Part shown: positions 19,325 through 29,085 of the stretch, one piece after another
Layout: the number at the start of each line of letters is the position of its first letter
Numbering within the stretch: position 1 is the first letter of the stretch
Origin: an uncultured Acidobacteriaceae bacterium
GTDB taxonomy: Bacteria > Acidobacteriota > Terriglobia > Terriglobales > Acidobacteriaceae
Length of the DNA stretch: 64,000 bases
NCBI GenBank assembly: GCA_963701685.1
Contig: OY969625.1
Location: 2,170,879-2,234,878, forward strand
Direction: 5' to 3'
Notes under the pieces: generated by a model
Database searches by the model: none
What the model was told of the DNA's origin: nothing
What the model saw: only the letters and a program-made list of their open reading frames with translations
Translations under genes and position numbers: made by a program

Positions 19325-20398
19325 TTATGGGGAAAGCGGGGCGACTTCGCCGGTATCTATTCGATGCAGAAGCTGGGCGATGTAGCTTACTGCGTTGATG
19401 GCGCTTTCGTAGTTCATGCGCTTGGGGCCGAGGATGGCTACGGCAGAGTCGCCGGAGACTTGCGCAGGGGCGGCGATGAGGACGAGGCCTGCCATGCCGG
19501 GGTCCTGCTGTTCGAGGTCGAAGATGACGCGAACGGATTGCTCGGAGGTATCGATGTAGGCGTTGAGGAGTTCGATGAGGCGTTGCTTTTCTTCTAGCGC
19601 GGAGAGCATGGCGCGGAGTCGATCGCGGTCGGCTGGGAGGCCGATGAGATTGACGACGCCGTCGATGTAGACGGATTGCTGGGGGACGGCGTCGGTGGGG
19701 ATGGTGCGGGACCAGAGGTCGATGGCGTCAGAGAGCTGCTGGTAGACAGTGCGCTCCTGGTCGATGCGGCGGCCGAGCTCTTTACGGACGCGATCGATGT
19801 TCCAGCCGCGGAAGTGTTGATTGAGGAAGTTCGCGGCGGTTTCGAGTTCGATAGTGGAGAGATCATGATCTAGGGCGAGGACGCGGTCGCGGACCATGCC
19901 GCTGCGGGTGACGACTACCGCGAGGACACGGCGCTGGGTGAGGCGGCTGAAGTGGATGTGCTCGAGGAGGTCGGTGGAGGCTGCGGCGCCGATGGCGAGG
20001 CCGACGCCGCTGGAGAGCGCGGCGAGGACGTGCGAGGTGCGCTCAAGGAGGGCTGAGGCTCCGGCGACGCCGGCGAAGCTGGTGTCGATGTGGGTCTGAA
20101 GGTCGGTGCGCGAAGGGTTGGGCAAGGCTACGGGCGCGCTGGTGAGCTGGCCGACGTAGAGGCGGAAGGCTTCGGCGGAGGGGATGCGGCCGGCCGAGGT
20201 GTGGGGCTGCTCGAGCAGGCCGGCGTCGGCTAGCTCGGCCATCTCGGCGCGGATGGTGGCGGAGCTCATGGCGTTGGCGAAGGCCGATTGCGCGAGGGTG
20301 CCCGAGCTGACGGGCTCGCCGGTCGAGATGTAGCTCTCGATGACGGCGGTGAGGATCTCGCGCTGGCGGTTTGTGATGGGGCGGGCCACTAGAACCAT
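19325..20398 (-). CDS. hrcA: heat-inducible transcription repressor HrcA
   Basis: N-terminal winged helix RQREILTAVIESYISTGEPVSSGTL and typical length of 357 aa. Confidence 0.9.
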   Translation of the reverse strand: MVLVARPITNRQREILTAVIESYISTGEPVSSGTLAQSAFANAMSSATIRAEMAELADAGLLEQPHTSAGRIPSAEAFRLYVGQLTSAPVALPNPSRTDLQTHIDTSFAGVAGASALLERTSHVLAALSSGVGLAIGAAASTDLLEHIHFSRLTQRRVLAVVVTRSGMVRDRVLALDHDLSTIELETAANFLNQHFRGWNIDRVRKELGRRIDQERTVYQQLSDAIDLWSRTIPTDAVPQQSVYIDGVVNLIGLPADRDRLRAMLSALEEKQRLIELLNAYIDTSEQSVRVIFDLEQQDPGMAGLVLIAAPAQVSGDSAVAILGPKRMNYESAINAVSYIAQLLHRIDTGEVAPLSP

Positions 20399-20468
20399 TT
20401 TACGCGGATCGTCAAGTGAGCGCTGGCATCGGCGGCTTGCGCGATGGCCCGAAACGGTTTATTCGCCG

Positions 20469-21302
20469 TTAGGTGATCTCGAAGACATCCTCTGACTTAG
20501 CGGCTAGCTCTTGCGTGCGGGAGATGACTTTTGCGGCGATGGCGAGGAATTCGCGGCCTCGTGGGGTGGCATCGCCGGCGAGGGAAGCGGGAAGCCCGTT
20601 GTCGCCGCCAGTGCGGATCTGAGGGTCAAGGTCTACGGAGCCAAGGAAGGGCAGGTTGTACTGCTTCGCGGTCTGGCTGGTGGCGCCGGCGCCGAAAACG
20701 TCGACGACGGTGCCGTCTGGGAGGGTCATCTGCGACATGTTTTCTACGAGGCCGAGGACTTCGACGTTGACCTGGTGGAACATCTCGAGAGCCTTGCGGG
20801 CGTCTTGCAAGGCGACCGAGGAGCCGGTTGAGACTACGATGGCTCCGGTTAGGGGGACGGTCTGGACGAGCGAGATGACGACGTCGCCGGTGCCTGGAGG
20901 GAGGTCGATGAGGAGATAGTCGAGTTCGCCCCAGGCCACCTGCTGCAGGAATTGGCGGATGATCTGGTGGAGCATGGGGCCGCGCATGACCATGGGCTTG
21001 TCGCCGGGCGAGATGAGGCCGATGGAGATGAACTTCACGCCGTGCGCGGTGATAGGCTCCATGAGATTTTCGGCGACGATGGAAGGCTGGCGTGTTGCGC
21101 CGAGCATAGTGGGGACGTTGGGGCCATAGATGTCGGCGTCGATGAGGCCGACGCGGTGGCCGAGCTTGGCGAGCGAGACGGCGAGGTTGACGGCTACGGT
21201 GGTCTTGCCGACGCCACCTTTGCCGGAGCCGATGGCTACGATGTGCTGGATGCCGGGAAGGCGTTGCGGACCTTGCGGGGTGGGTGCGTGCTGGTGAGAC
21301 AT
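20469..21302 (-). CDS. apbC: Mrp/ApbC family Fe-S cluster carrier ATPase
   Basis: Start at MSHQHAP (ATG at 21302); deviant Walker A IGSGKGGVGKTT; DADIYGPNVP; LLIDLPPGTGD. Confidence 0.9.
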   Translation of the reverse strand: MSHQHAPTPQGPQRLPGIQHIVAIGSGKGGVGKTTVAVNLAVSLAKLGHRVGLIDADIYGPNVPTMLGATRQPSIVAENLMEPITAHGVKFISIGLISPGDKPMVMRGPMLHQIIRQFLQQVAWGELDYLLIDLPPGTGDVVISLVQTVPLTGAIVVSTGSSVALQDARKALEMFHQVNVEVLGLVENMSQMTLPDGTVVDVFGAGATSQTAKQYNLPFLGSVDLDPQIRTGGDNGLPASLAGDATPRGREFLAIAAKVISRTQELAAKSEDVFEIT

Positions 21303-21330
21303 GAAGACCTCTTCTGGATGGAACTGATGG

Positions 21331-21852
21331 TTAGAGATGCCACTCGGGGGCGAGGATGGCGCGGAGTTCTTTTTTGCGCTGGGTTTCGCCGGAGCGCATC
21401 TCGCGGCGGCGGCCTGCATCTTCGTAGCGGCGGATCTGGTGTTCGGTTTCGGGGACGACTTGGGGGACCTCGATGCGGTTGCCCGAGGAGTCAACGGCAA
21501 CGAAGGTGAGGTACGCGGAAGAAACGTGGCGCAGCGTCTGTTTGCGAACGTCTTCGACCATGGCTTTGACGCCGACCTCCATAGAGGTGCGGAAGGCGCG
21601 GTTGACGCTGGACTTGAGGATGAGGAGATTGCCGACGTGGACGGGTGCGACGAAGTCGAGGTGATCCATGGAGGCGGTGACGACAAAGGAGCGCGCGTGA
21701 CGGCTGGCAGCCATGGCGCCGACGAGATCCATGAACTGCATGAGCCGGCCTCCGAAGAGGTTGCCGAGAGCATTGGTGTCGGCGGGGAAGATGATCTCGC
21801 TGCGTTCAGACTGGGAGGCGCAGACGGTACTGGAACTGGTGCAATCAGTCAT
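21331..21852 (-). CDS. acyl-CoA thioesterase (hotdog fold, YciA-like)
   Basis: Start at MTDCTSS (ATG at 21852); IFPADTNALGNLFGGRLMQFMD and SMEVGVKAMVED. Confidence 0.8.
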   Translation of the reverse strand: MTDCTSSSTVCASQSERSEIIFPADTNALGNLFGGRLMQFMDLVGAMAASRHARSFVVTASMDHLDFVAPVHVGNLLILKSSVNRAFRTSMEVGVKAMVEDVRKQTLRHVSSAYLTFVAVDSSGNRIEVPQVVPETEHQIRRYEDAGRRREMRSGETQRKKELRAILAPEWHL

Positions 21853-21910
21853 TCTCCCATTGTAATTGCTGTGTGTTGCATCTCCAGAGGGTGTGCAGCA
21901 TCCTAGAGGC

Positions 21911-22225
21911 ATGGACAAGATTGGGATGTTGAGCGAGATTTTGCAGCAGAATCCGAAGGACGCGTTTGCGCGGTATGGATTGGCGATGGCGTATGCGGCC
22001 GAGGGGAGGACCGACGAGGCGCTGCGGGAGTTTGCGACAACGACGGAGCACAACCCGGACTATGTGCCGGCGTACCAGATGTCGGCACAGACTCTGGTGA
22101 AGGCGGGGAAGTTTGACGAGGCGCGGGCGCGGCTGCAGGAGGGCCTGGCGGCGTGCGAGCGGACGGGAAATACGCACGCAGCGAGTGAGATGAGTGTGTT
22201 GCGGGACGAGATCGCGGAGTTGTGA
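21911..22225 (+). CDS. small TPR repeat protein
   Basis: Start at MDKIGMLSEIL (ATG at 21911); TPR-like AFARYGLAMAYAAEGRTDEALREF and PAYQMSAQTLVKAGKFDEA. Confidence 0.6.
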   Translation: MDKIGMLSEILQQNPKDAFARYGLAMAYAAEGRTDEALREFATTTEHNPDYVPAYQMSAQTLVKAGKFDEARARLQEGLAACERTGNTHAASEMSVLRDEIAEL

Positions 22226-22281
22226 GGTTTGCCTAGCTTTGCGATTTGGCTTCTGCATCCAAAGGAGCCAGGAGAAGAATC

Positions 22282-23199
22282 ATGGCAGCGGAGAATACGA
22301 AGCAGACGGCGGCGCAGCATACGTGGACTGGCGAGGGGTTTGCGGGGTTACTGCGCGGCAAGGTTGCGGTGGTGACGGGGGCTGCGCGGGGGATTGGGCG
22401 CGCGATTGCTGTTGACCTTGCAAGGAACGGCGCGGCGGTGGTAGCGGTGGATATCGCTGAACGAGTGTCGAAGATTACGGAGTTCGAACCGGCGACCAAG
22501 GCGGATCTTGAGGAGACGGGAAAGCTGCTCGAGGAGATTGGAAACAAGTGGGCCGCAAAGGTTGCGGACATTCGGAAGATTGGAGAGCTGAGACTTTTGG
22601 CGCGAGAGGTGGAGCGCGAGTTTGGTGGAGTAGATATCGTGGTCGCGAACGCTGGCATCCAGGCGTTCAAGTCCCTGCTCGAAATGGAAGACGCGGATTG
22701 GCATGACATCATCGACACCAATTTGAACGGGACGGCGAATACGGTGCGGGCGTTTGCGCCGGAGCTCGTGAACAGAGGTGGGGGAAGGCTGATCCTGGTG
22801 TCTTCGATGCAGGGGCGGTATGGGATGAAGAATGGGTCGGCGTATTCGGCTTCGAAGTGGGGGATTATCGGGCTGATGAAGTCGGCTGCGCTGGAGCTGG
22901 GTAAGCACAGGATCACGGTGAACACGATAGAGCCGGGGCTTATTGATACGCCGCTGACGCGGAACGATCGGCGGTGGAGCGTTGCGGTGGGAGAGACGAT
23001 GACGACGCCTCCGCCGGAACATCCGAGTGAGGAAGAGACGATCAAGGCGCGGCTGCCGAGGGTTCCGCTGGGTGTGCCGTGGCTGACGCCGGAGCAGGTG
23101 GCGCCGGTTGCCGTGTTTCTTGCCAGCGATGCCGCATCGATGGTGACGGGCGCTTGCTATGACGTGACGGGTGGAGATTCCGCGCACATCAATGCTTAG
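22282..23199 (+). CDS. SDR family NAD(P)-dependent oxidoreductase
   Basis: ATG at 22282 with AGGAGA 6 nt upstream; TGAARGIGRA cofactor motif, NAG, catalytic YSASK. Confidence 0.85.
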   Translation: MAAENTKQTAAQHTWTGEGFAGLLRGKVAVVTGAARGIGRAIAVDLARNGAAVVAVDIAERVSKITEFEPATKADLEETGKLLEEIGNKWAAKVADIRKIGELRLLAREVEREFGGVDIVVANAGIQAFKSLLEMEDADWHDIIDTNLNGTANTVRAFAPELVNRGGGRLILVSSMQGRYGMKNGSAYSASKWGIIGLMKSAALELGKHRITVNTIEPGLIDTPLTRNDRRWSVAVGETMTTPPPEHPSEEETIKARLPRVPLGVPWLTPEQVAPVAVFLASDAASMVTGACYDVTGGDSAHINA

Positions 23200-23214
23200 T
23201 GGCGGCTTGACGGC

Positions 23215-23868
23215 TCAGAAGCCGTTGGCGAGAAGGTAGGCGGGGGTTAGCCAGTTCTCCTCAGAGTGAGCGCGCTGCGCTGCGGCGTATTTGGCGAGGA
23301 CATCGGTCTCGAGGTTTACAGGAGTGCCAGGCGTGAGGGTGTGGAGGTTGGTGGATTTGTATGTGTGCGGGATGATGGCGATTTCGATGCGCGGGAGGTC
23401 GAGGCGGGCGACGGTGAGGCTGATGCCGTCGATGGTGATGGAGCCTTGCGAGATGACTTGCGAGGTGAGCTGATCGGGGAGCTCGAGGGCGAGGCGCCAG
23501 TCGGTGGTGGCGAGGTCAGGGTGGAGTGGGACGATGGAGAGGAATTTTCCGGTGGCGTCGACGTGGCCCTGGACGACGTGACCGCCGAGGGGCGAGCCGG
23601 CGGGGGTGGGGAGCTCGAGATTTACGGTGGCTCCGATGGGAAGTGAGCCGAGGGTGGTGCGGGCGAGGGTTTCGCCGGCGAGGTCGGCTGCGAAGTGCGT
23701 GGGCTCAGGCAGGGGGATTGCAGTGAGGCAGACGCCGTTGACGGCGATGCTGTCGCCGGTGCGCCAGCGGCCTGCGAGTGCCGGGGCAGCGAGGACCAGG
23801 CGCGTGGCTCCTTCGGTTGGGGTGAGCGAGACTACGGTGCCGGTGGTTTCGATGAGTCCGGTGAACAT
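23215..23868 (-). CDS. ribE: riboflavin synthase
   Basis: MFTGLIETTGTV N-terminus and internal lumazine-binding repeat (GHVDATG). Confidence 0.9.
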   Translation of the reverse strand: MFTGLIETTGTVVSLTPTEGATRLVLAAPALAGRWRTGDSIAVNGVCLTAIPLPEPTHFAADLAGETLARTTLGSLPIGATVNLELPTPAGSPLGGHVVQGHVDATGKFLSIVPLHPDLATTDWRLALELPDQLTSQVISQGSITIDGISLTVARLDLPRIEIAIIPHTYKSTNLHTLTPGTPVNLETDVLAKYAAAQRAHSEENWLTPAYLLANGF

Positions 23869-23873
23869 AAGAA

Positions 23874-23908
23874 CAGGGTACAGGGTTCAGGGCCCAGGGG
23901 TCAGGGGA
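23874..23908 (+). repeat. G-rich heptamer array (CAGGGNN)x5, family A
   Basis: cagggta cagggtt cagggcc caggggt cagggga; fills the ribD-ribE gap and overlaps the ribD stop (23901-23903). Confidence 0.9.
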
Positions 23909-25085
23909 TGGCGGACCAGGGGTCGTGGAGGTAGCCGGTGATGCGGACGTCTTCGGCGTTGGGGGCTAGATCGGAGGGGAAGGCGGCGTGGGTGACTTGC
24001 GTTAAGCGTTGTTGGAGCGCGTAGGGGGAGTCGAAGTTGGAGGCGAAGGGTAAGGCGTCGAGGCCTAGTTCGCTTTCGGCGTAGTAGAGGACGAGCTTGT
24101 CGATGAGACCTGCGCGGAGGAGACTGCCGTTCAGGGCGGAGCCGGCTTCGACGAGGACGCTGAGAATGTTGCGATGGGCGAGGGCTGCGAGGGCGGCGTG
24201 GAGGTCGAGATGATGGTTGGCGGCAGGGACGCGGAGGACTTCTACGTTGCGAGAGCGGAGAGCGGACTCTCGTTCTGTGGATGCGTGGTGGGCGTCTTCG
24301 GAGCAGAGGATGAGGAGGTCGTTGGAGGCGGTGTTGACGAGAGTGGAGGCGAGGGGAATCCGGAGGGCGCCGTCAAGGATGACGCGAAGGAGTGGGCGGC
24401 GGCGCGGAAGGTTGGTGCGATCGGTGAGGGAAGGGTCGTCGGCGAGGACTGTGCCGATGCCGGTGAGGATGGCGCCGGAGGCGTGGCGGAGAAGTTGCGC
24501 GTCGGCGCGGGCTGCTGTGCCGGTGACCCAGTGAGGTGCGGTAGAGGTGCGGGTGGCGAGCGGTGGCGCTAGTTTGCCGTCGACTGAGAGCGCCGCTTTG
24601 AGGGTGACGAAGGGGCGATGATGCTGGATGGAGAACGCGAAGGCGTCGTTGAGATGGCGCGCTTGCTGGGCGATGGGATGAGTTGGGTCGAGGAGGAGAA
24701 CTTCTATGTTGGCGGCGCGGAGTTTGGCGAGGCCCTGGCCGCTGACGAGCGGGTTGGGATCTACGGTGGCTACAAGACAGCGAGCGATACCTGCGGCTAT
24801 AAGGGCGTCGGAGCACGGACCGGTGCGGCCGTGGTGGGCGCAGGGTTCGAGCGTGACGTAGGCGGTGGCGCCGTGAACGTTGTGGCCTAGAGCGGCAGCT
24901 TGTTTGAGCGCGGCAATCTCGGCGTGGTCGCGCGCGTCGTAGAAGTGAGCGCCTTCACCGATGAGTGCATTGTTGAGCGTGAGGACGCAACCAACGGTTG
25001 GGTTGGGGCTGGCGAAGGCTGCTGCTTCACGCGCGAGGTTGAGGGCGCGCGTCAGGTGGAGTTCGTCCTGAGATGTGAAGGACAT
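23901..25085 (-). CDS. ribD: bifunctional pyrimidine deaminase / uracil reductase
   Basis: Deaminase zinc motifs HAEIAAL and TLEPCAHHGRTGPC, plus a C-terminal reductase domain. Confidence 0.9.
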   Translation of the reverse strand: MSFTSQDELHLTRALNLAREAAAFASPNPTVGCVLTLNNALIGEGAHFYDARDHAEIAALKQAAALGHNVHGATAYVTLEPCAHHGRTGPCSDALIAAGIARCLVATVDPNPLVSGQGLAKLRAANIEVLLLDPTHPIAQQARHLNDAFAFSIQHHRPFVTLKAALSVDGKLAPPLATRTSTAPHWVTGTAARADAQLLRHASGAILTGIGTVLADDPSLTDRTNLPRRRPLLRVILDGALRIPLASTLVNTASNDLLILCSEDAHHASTERESALRSRNVEVLRVPAANHHLDLHAALAALAHRNILSVLVEAGSALNGSLLRAGLIDKLVLYYAESELGLDALPFASNFDSPYALQQRLTQVTHAAFPSDLAPNAEDVRITGYLHDPWSAIP

Positions 25086-25107
25086 GCAGGATCAGGATAG
25101 ACGTTGG

Positions 25108-26091
25108 CTAGTCGATCAGGGAGTCGACGAAGGCGGTGGCGTCGAAGGGAATGATGTCCTCGAGCTTTTCGCCGATGCCGGCGTAGCGGACTGGGAGGCC
25201 TAGCTCGTGGGCGATGGCTACGACGATGCCGCCTTTGGCGCTGCCGTCGAGCTTGGTGAGGACGATGCCGGTGACGTGCGCGGCTTCGGTGAAGAGGCGA
25301 GCTTGTTGCAGGCCGTTCTGGCCGGTGGTGGCGTCGATGACGAGGAGGGTCTGGTGAGGGGCTCCGGGTAAGAGGCGCTCGGCGGTGCGGCGCATCTTGT
25401 CCAGCTCCTTCATGAGGTCGGTCTTGGTGTGGAGGCGACCTGCGGTGTCGACGATGAGCATACCGGTGGAGCGGGCCTTGGCGGCGGTGAGAGCGTCGAA
25501 GAGCGCGGCGGAGGGATCTCCACCCTGGCGGGTCTTGATGAGGTCGACGTTGGAGCGTTGGGCCCAGACTTCTAGCTGCTCGATGGCAGCGGCGCGGAAG
25601 GTGTCGGCGGCGCACAGCAGGACGGTCTTGCCTTCGCGGCGGTAGAGGGCTGCTAGCTTGCCGCTGGTGGTGGTCTTGCCGGTGCCATTGACGCCTACCA
25701 TCATGATGACTTCGGGAGGGGTTGCGGGATTGCGGATCGGCTTGTCGACGGAGTTCAGGATGCGGAGGATTTCGGCCTTGAGCTGTTGCTTGAGCTGAGC
25801 ACCGTCGGAGATGTCGTGGCGAAGGGCGCTGTCGCGCAAGGTGGTGATGATCTCGTTGGTGGTGGTGGATCCAATGTCGCAGGCGAGGAGGGCCAGCTCG
25901 AGGTCGTCGAGCGAGGCTTCGTCGACTTCACGGGTCAGGGCGACGACGGAAGCGATGGAGTTGGAGAGCGACTCGCGGGTGCGGGTGACCGCCTGCTTCA
26001 TGCGGTCGAAGAGGCCGCGAGGTTGCTGGGGCTCCTGGGAATCGGGTTCCGGGGTTGGGGTGTCGCGCTTGCCGAAGAGTGAAAAAGCCAT
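25108..26091 (-). CDS. ftsY: signal recognition particle receptor FtsY
   Basis: NG domain: [29 protein letters not shown]. Confidence 0.95.
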   Translation of the reverse strand: MAFSLFGKRDTPTPEPDSQEPQQPRGLFDRMKQAVTRTRESLSNSIASVVALTREVDEASLDDLELALLACDIGSTTTNEIITTLRDSALRHDISDGAQLKQQLKAEILRILNSVDKPIRNPATPPEVIMMVGVNGTGKTTTSGKLAALYRREGKTVLLCAADTFRAAAIEQLEVWAQRSNVDLIKTRQGGDPSAALFDALTAAKARSTGMLIVDTAGRLHTKTDLMKELDKMRRTAERLLPGAPHQTLLVIDATTGQNGLQQARLFTEAAHVTGIVLTKLDGSAKGGIVVAIAHELGLPVRYAGIGEKLEDIIPFDATAFVDSLID

Positions 26092-26119
26092 CGCTTTCTA
26101 GTTTAGCGGAGTGGCGAGG

Positions 26120-27115
26120 CTACTCGGTGCGGCCGGGACGGGTCATGAGGTCGCGGATGGCATCGAGTGGGGGCTTTTGCTCGTGGAGGATCGCGGCCAT
26201 TTGTTCGGTGATGGGCATTTCTACGCCGTAGCGTTTGGCGAGGCCTAGAGCAGCGGTGGTGGTTAGGACGCCTTCGGCGACTTTGCCATTGAGGCCGGCG
26301 ATGATGTCGTTTAGCTGGCGGCCTTTGCCTAGCTCGACGCCGACGGTGCGGTTGCGGGAGAGGCCTCCGGTGCAGGTGAGGACGAGGTCGCCGATACCGG
26401 AGAGGCCGGACATGGTCTCGCGGCGGCCGCCGCAGGCCATGGCGAGGCGGGTGATCTCGGCGATGCCGCGGGTGATGAGCGCGGAGGTTGCGTTGTTGCC
26501 GAGTTCGAGACCGGTGACGACTCCGGCGGCGAGGGCGATGACGTTCTTGAGGGCGCCTCCGAGCTCGGTGCCGATGACGTCTTCATTGCGGTAGGTGCGG
26601 AGCGAGGCGGAACTGAAGTCGTCCTGGAGGGACTTGCCGAGGGTTGGGTCGTCTACGGCTAGCGTGATGGCTGTTGGCATTGCCGCGGCGACTTCGTAGG
26701 CGAAGGATGGGCCGCCGAGCGTGCCGATGGGGTTTTCCGGGGCGTACTCGAACATGATCTGCGACATACGCAGGAAGGTCTTCTCCTCGATGCCTTTGCT
26801 GGCGGAGAGCAGAACCTGGCGAGCGGTGATGACCGGAGCGATCTGCACCATGATGGAGCGCAGGGCCTGCGAGGGCGTGACGCAGAGGATGATGTCGGCG
26901 CCGGCGATGGCTGCGGTGAGGTCGTGGGTGATGGCGACGTCGGCGGGGAGGATGAAGCCGGGAAGATAGCGGGTGTTCTCGCCGGTGTCGGCTAGGCTTG
27001 CGGCGTGGTCTGGCGAGTGCGCCCAAAGGGTGAGTCGATGGCCTCCGCGACGGGCGAGTGAGACGGTGAGGGCGGTTCCCCAGGCGCCGGCACCGATGAC
27101 TGCGATGCGGCTCAT
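26120..27115 (-). CDS. gpsA: NAD(P)H-dependent glycerol-3-phosphate dehydrogenase
   Basis: Start at MSRIAVIGAGAWGTAL (ATG at 27115); GALKNVIALAAG; SRNRTVGVELGKG. Confidence 0.9.
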   Translation of the reverse strand: MSRIAVIGAGAWGTALTVSLARRGGHRLTLWAHSPDHAASLADTGENTRYLPGFILPADVAITHDLTAAIAGADIILCVTPSQALRSIMVQIAPVITARQVLLSASKGIEEKTFLRMSQIMFEYAPENPIGTLGGPSFAYEVAAAMPTAITLAVDDPTLGKSLQDDFSSASLRTYRNEDVIGTELGGALKNVIALAAGVVTGLELGNNATSALITRGIAEITRLAMACGGRRETMSGLSGIGDLVLTCTGGLSRNRTVGVELGKGRQLNDIIAGLNGKVAEGVLTTTAALGLAKRYGVEMPITEQMAAILHEQKPPLDAIRDLMTRPGRTE

Positions 27116-27759
27116 GCGTTGGCCTGCGTATTCTCGGGATCGGTGGTCTTCTTGCTGCCGAAGCGGCTTTCGGTGCCCTTGAGCAGGCGTCCGATGTTTG
27201 CGTGGTGCTTGAGGATGCTGAGCAGGGAGATGAAGCTGAGGCCGATGAGCAGCGCGGTGGAGCGTTGTGGCACCAGCCACAGGGCCAGGAACGGGATGGA
27301 GACGGCCGCGAGGATGGAGCCCAGGGAGACGAGGCGGGTGATCGCGACGATCAGGGCGAAGACTCCGACGGAGGCGAGTGCGACCATGGGCACGAGGGCA
27401 ATGAAGACACCGAGCGCGGTGGCGATGCCTTTGCCGCCTTTGAAGCGTAGCCAGATCGGGAAGACGTGGCCGATGACGGCGGCTACCGCGGCGGCGATGG
27501 CGAGCGTCGAAGGTCCGTTGGCGGTATTAGGGGCGAACTGCATGGCGAGGAATGCGGCGATGAAGCCCTTCATGGCGTCGAGGAGGAGGGTGAAGACGCC
27601 GAGGGTTGCTCCGCCGGCGCGGGCTACGTTTGTGGCGCCGATGTTGCCGCTGCCGGTGTCGCGGACGTCTTCCTGGCGGACGAAACGGACGAGGAGGTAG
27701 CCGAAGGGGATCGAGCCGAGCAGATACGCCGTCGTCAGGGTAATGATCCAGAGAGTCAT
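27112..27759 (-). CDS. plsY: glycerol-3-phosphate acyltransferase PlsY
   Basis: GSIPFGYL, GSGNIGATNV, FKGGKGIAT; the stop overlaps the gpsA start (ATGA). Confidence 0.9.
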   Translation of the reverse strand: MTLWIITLTTAYLLGSIPFGYLLVRFVRQEDVRDTGSGNIGATNVARAGGATLGVFTLLLDAMKGFIAAFLAMQFAPNTANGPSTLAIAAAVAAVIGHVFPIWLRFKGGKGIATALGVFIALVPMVALASVGVFALIVAITRLVSLGSILAAVSIPFLALWLVPQRSTALLIGLSFISLLSILKHHANIGRLLKGTESRFGSKKTTDPENTQANA

Positions 27760-27804
27760 AATCGTTCGCTAGTGAGTGTAGCAGCGGGAGTTTGCTGGAG
27801 GTAG

Positions 27805-29058
27805 TTACGCGAGGTATCGGCGCAGCATCTCGAGGGCGTGTTGGGTGGACCAGAGGCGGACGCGCTCGCGGTCTCCGGTGATGTGGAGCTCCTTGACCTG
27901 GGTATCTTCGCCGTCGGTGAGGGCGATGTAGACCAGACCTACGGGCTTGTTGGCGTCGAGGCCGCGGGGAGTTCCGGGGCCGGCGATGCCGGTGATGCCG
28001 AGGGCTAAGGAGCTGCCGTTGCGGCGGCGGATGCCTTCGGCGAGGGCGCGGGCGACAGCGTCCGAGACGGCGCCGTGCTCGTCGATGAGATAGGACGGGA
28101 CGTCGGCGAGGGCGGTCTTGCTGCGGTCAGAGTAGGCGATGGCGCCGCCGAGGAAGACGCGCGAGCTGTTGGGGATTGCGGTGAGGCGCTGGCCGAGCAA
28201 GCCGCCGGTGCAGCTCTCGGCGATGGCTAGAGTGCGGCGACGGACTCCGAGCATGAGCAGGACGACTTCCTCGAGGGATTCGCCGTTGAGGGAGAAGACG
28301 TCGTCGCCCATCTCGCGGGAGACGGCGTCGGCGACTGCCTCGACGCGGGCTTCGGCCTCGGCGAGGGTGTGCTTGACGCAGACGAAGTGGAGCTGGATCT
28401 CGGCGTTGCCGGCGAGGATGGTGGTCTGGACGTCGGGAAATGCCTGGTAGATGGGCGCGGTGCGAGCGTCGACCTGGCTCTCAGGGATGAGCGCGATGCG
28501 GAGCTGGCGGCGCGCCATGTGGTAGGGCGGAAGCGCGGCGGCGAGGCGCGGCTTGCACTCGGTGTCGAAGAGGGGCTTGAGCTCCTTGGGCGGACCGGGA
28601 AGCAGAGCGACGAGCTTGCGATGTCCGTGGTGCGCGAAGTCCAGCCATTGGCCGGGCGCGCTGCCGTTGAGGTTAGGAAGGATCTCGGCGCCTTCGACCT
28701 GGTCAGCCTGCTTGGCGTTGTTGGAGGGCATCTCCATGTTGCGTGCGGCGAAGCGCTTCTTCAGAAACTCAAGGACAGCCTCGTTGCGATGGAGCGAGAG
28801 GTTGAGGGTTTCGGCGAGGCATTCGCGGGTGAGGTCGTCTTCTGTGGGGCCGAGGCCGCCGGAGAGCAGGACGACGTCGGCGCGGTTGACGGCGATGTGG
28901 ATGGCAGAGCGGAGGTGGTCGCGGTTGTCGCCGACGATGGTCTTGAACGCGACGGTTACACCGAGGTCGTTGAGGCCGGCGGTGAGGTAAAGGGAGTTGG
29001 TGTCCTGGCGATGCGGAGTGAGCATCTCGGACCCAACGGCGATGATCTCGGCTAGCAT
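27805..29058 (-). CDS. cinA: CinA family protein (MoCF-binding domain plus nicotinamide-nucleotide amidase PncC domain)
   Basis: MLAEIIAVGSEML N-terminus, LSGGLGPTEDDLT, C-terminal ESCTGGLL. Confidence 0.9.
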   Translation of the reverse strand: MLAEIIAVGSEMLTPHRQDTNSLYLTAGLNDLGVTVAFKTIVGDNRDHLRSAIHIAVNRADVVLLSGGLGPTEDDLTRECLAETLNLSLHRNEAVLEFLKKRFAARNMEMPSNNAKQADQVEGAEILPNLNGSAPGQWLDFAHHGHRKLVALLPGPPKELKPLFDTECKPRLAAALPPYHMARRQLRIALIPESQVDARTAPIYQAFPDVQTTILAGNAEIQLHFVCVKHTLAEAEARVEAVADAVSREMGDDVFSLNGESLEEVVLLMLGVRRRTLAIAESCTGGLLGQRLTAIPNSSRVFLGGAIAYSDRSKTALADVPSYLIDEHGAVSDAVARALAEGIRRRNGSSLALGITGIAGPGTPRGLDANKPVGLVYIALTDGEDTQVKELHITGDRERVRLWSTQHALEMLRRYLA

Positions 29059-29085
29059 CTGGTTCGATGGTAGCGCGAGCGGATG

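Noticed and set aside
20399-20468. CIRCE operator upstream of hrcA
   Set aside because: No inverted repeat resembling TTAGCACTC-N9-GAGTGCTAA is found there, nor in 18526-18644 or 19218-19324.
25086-25107. FMN riboswitch upstream of ribD
   Set aside because: Only 22 nt separate ribD from ftsY, which leaves no room for an RFN element. ribD-ribE appear to be transcribed with the upstream genes.
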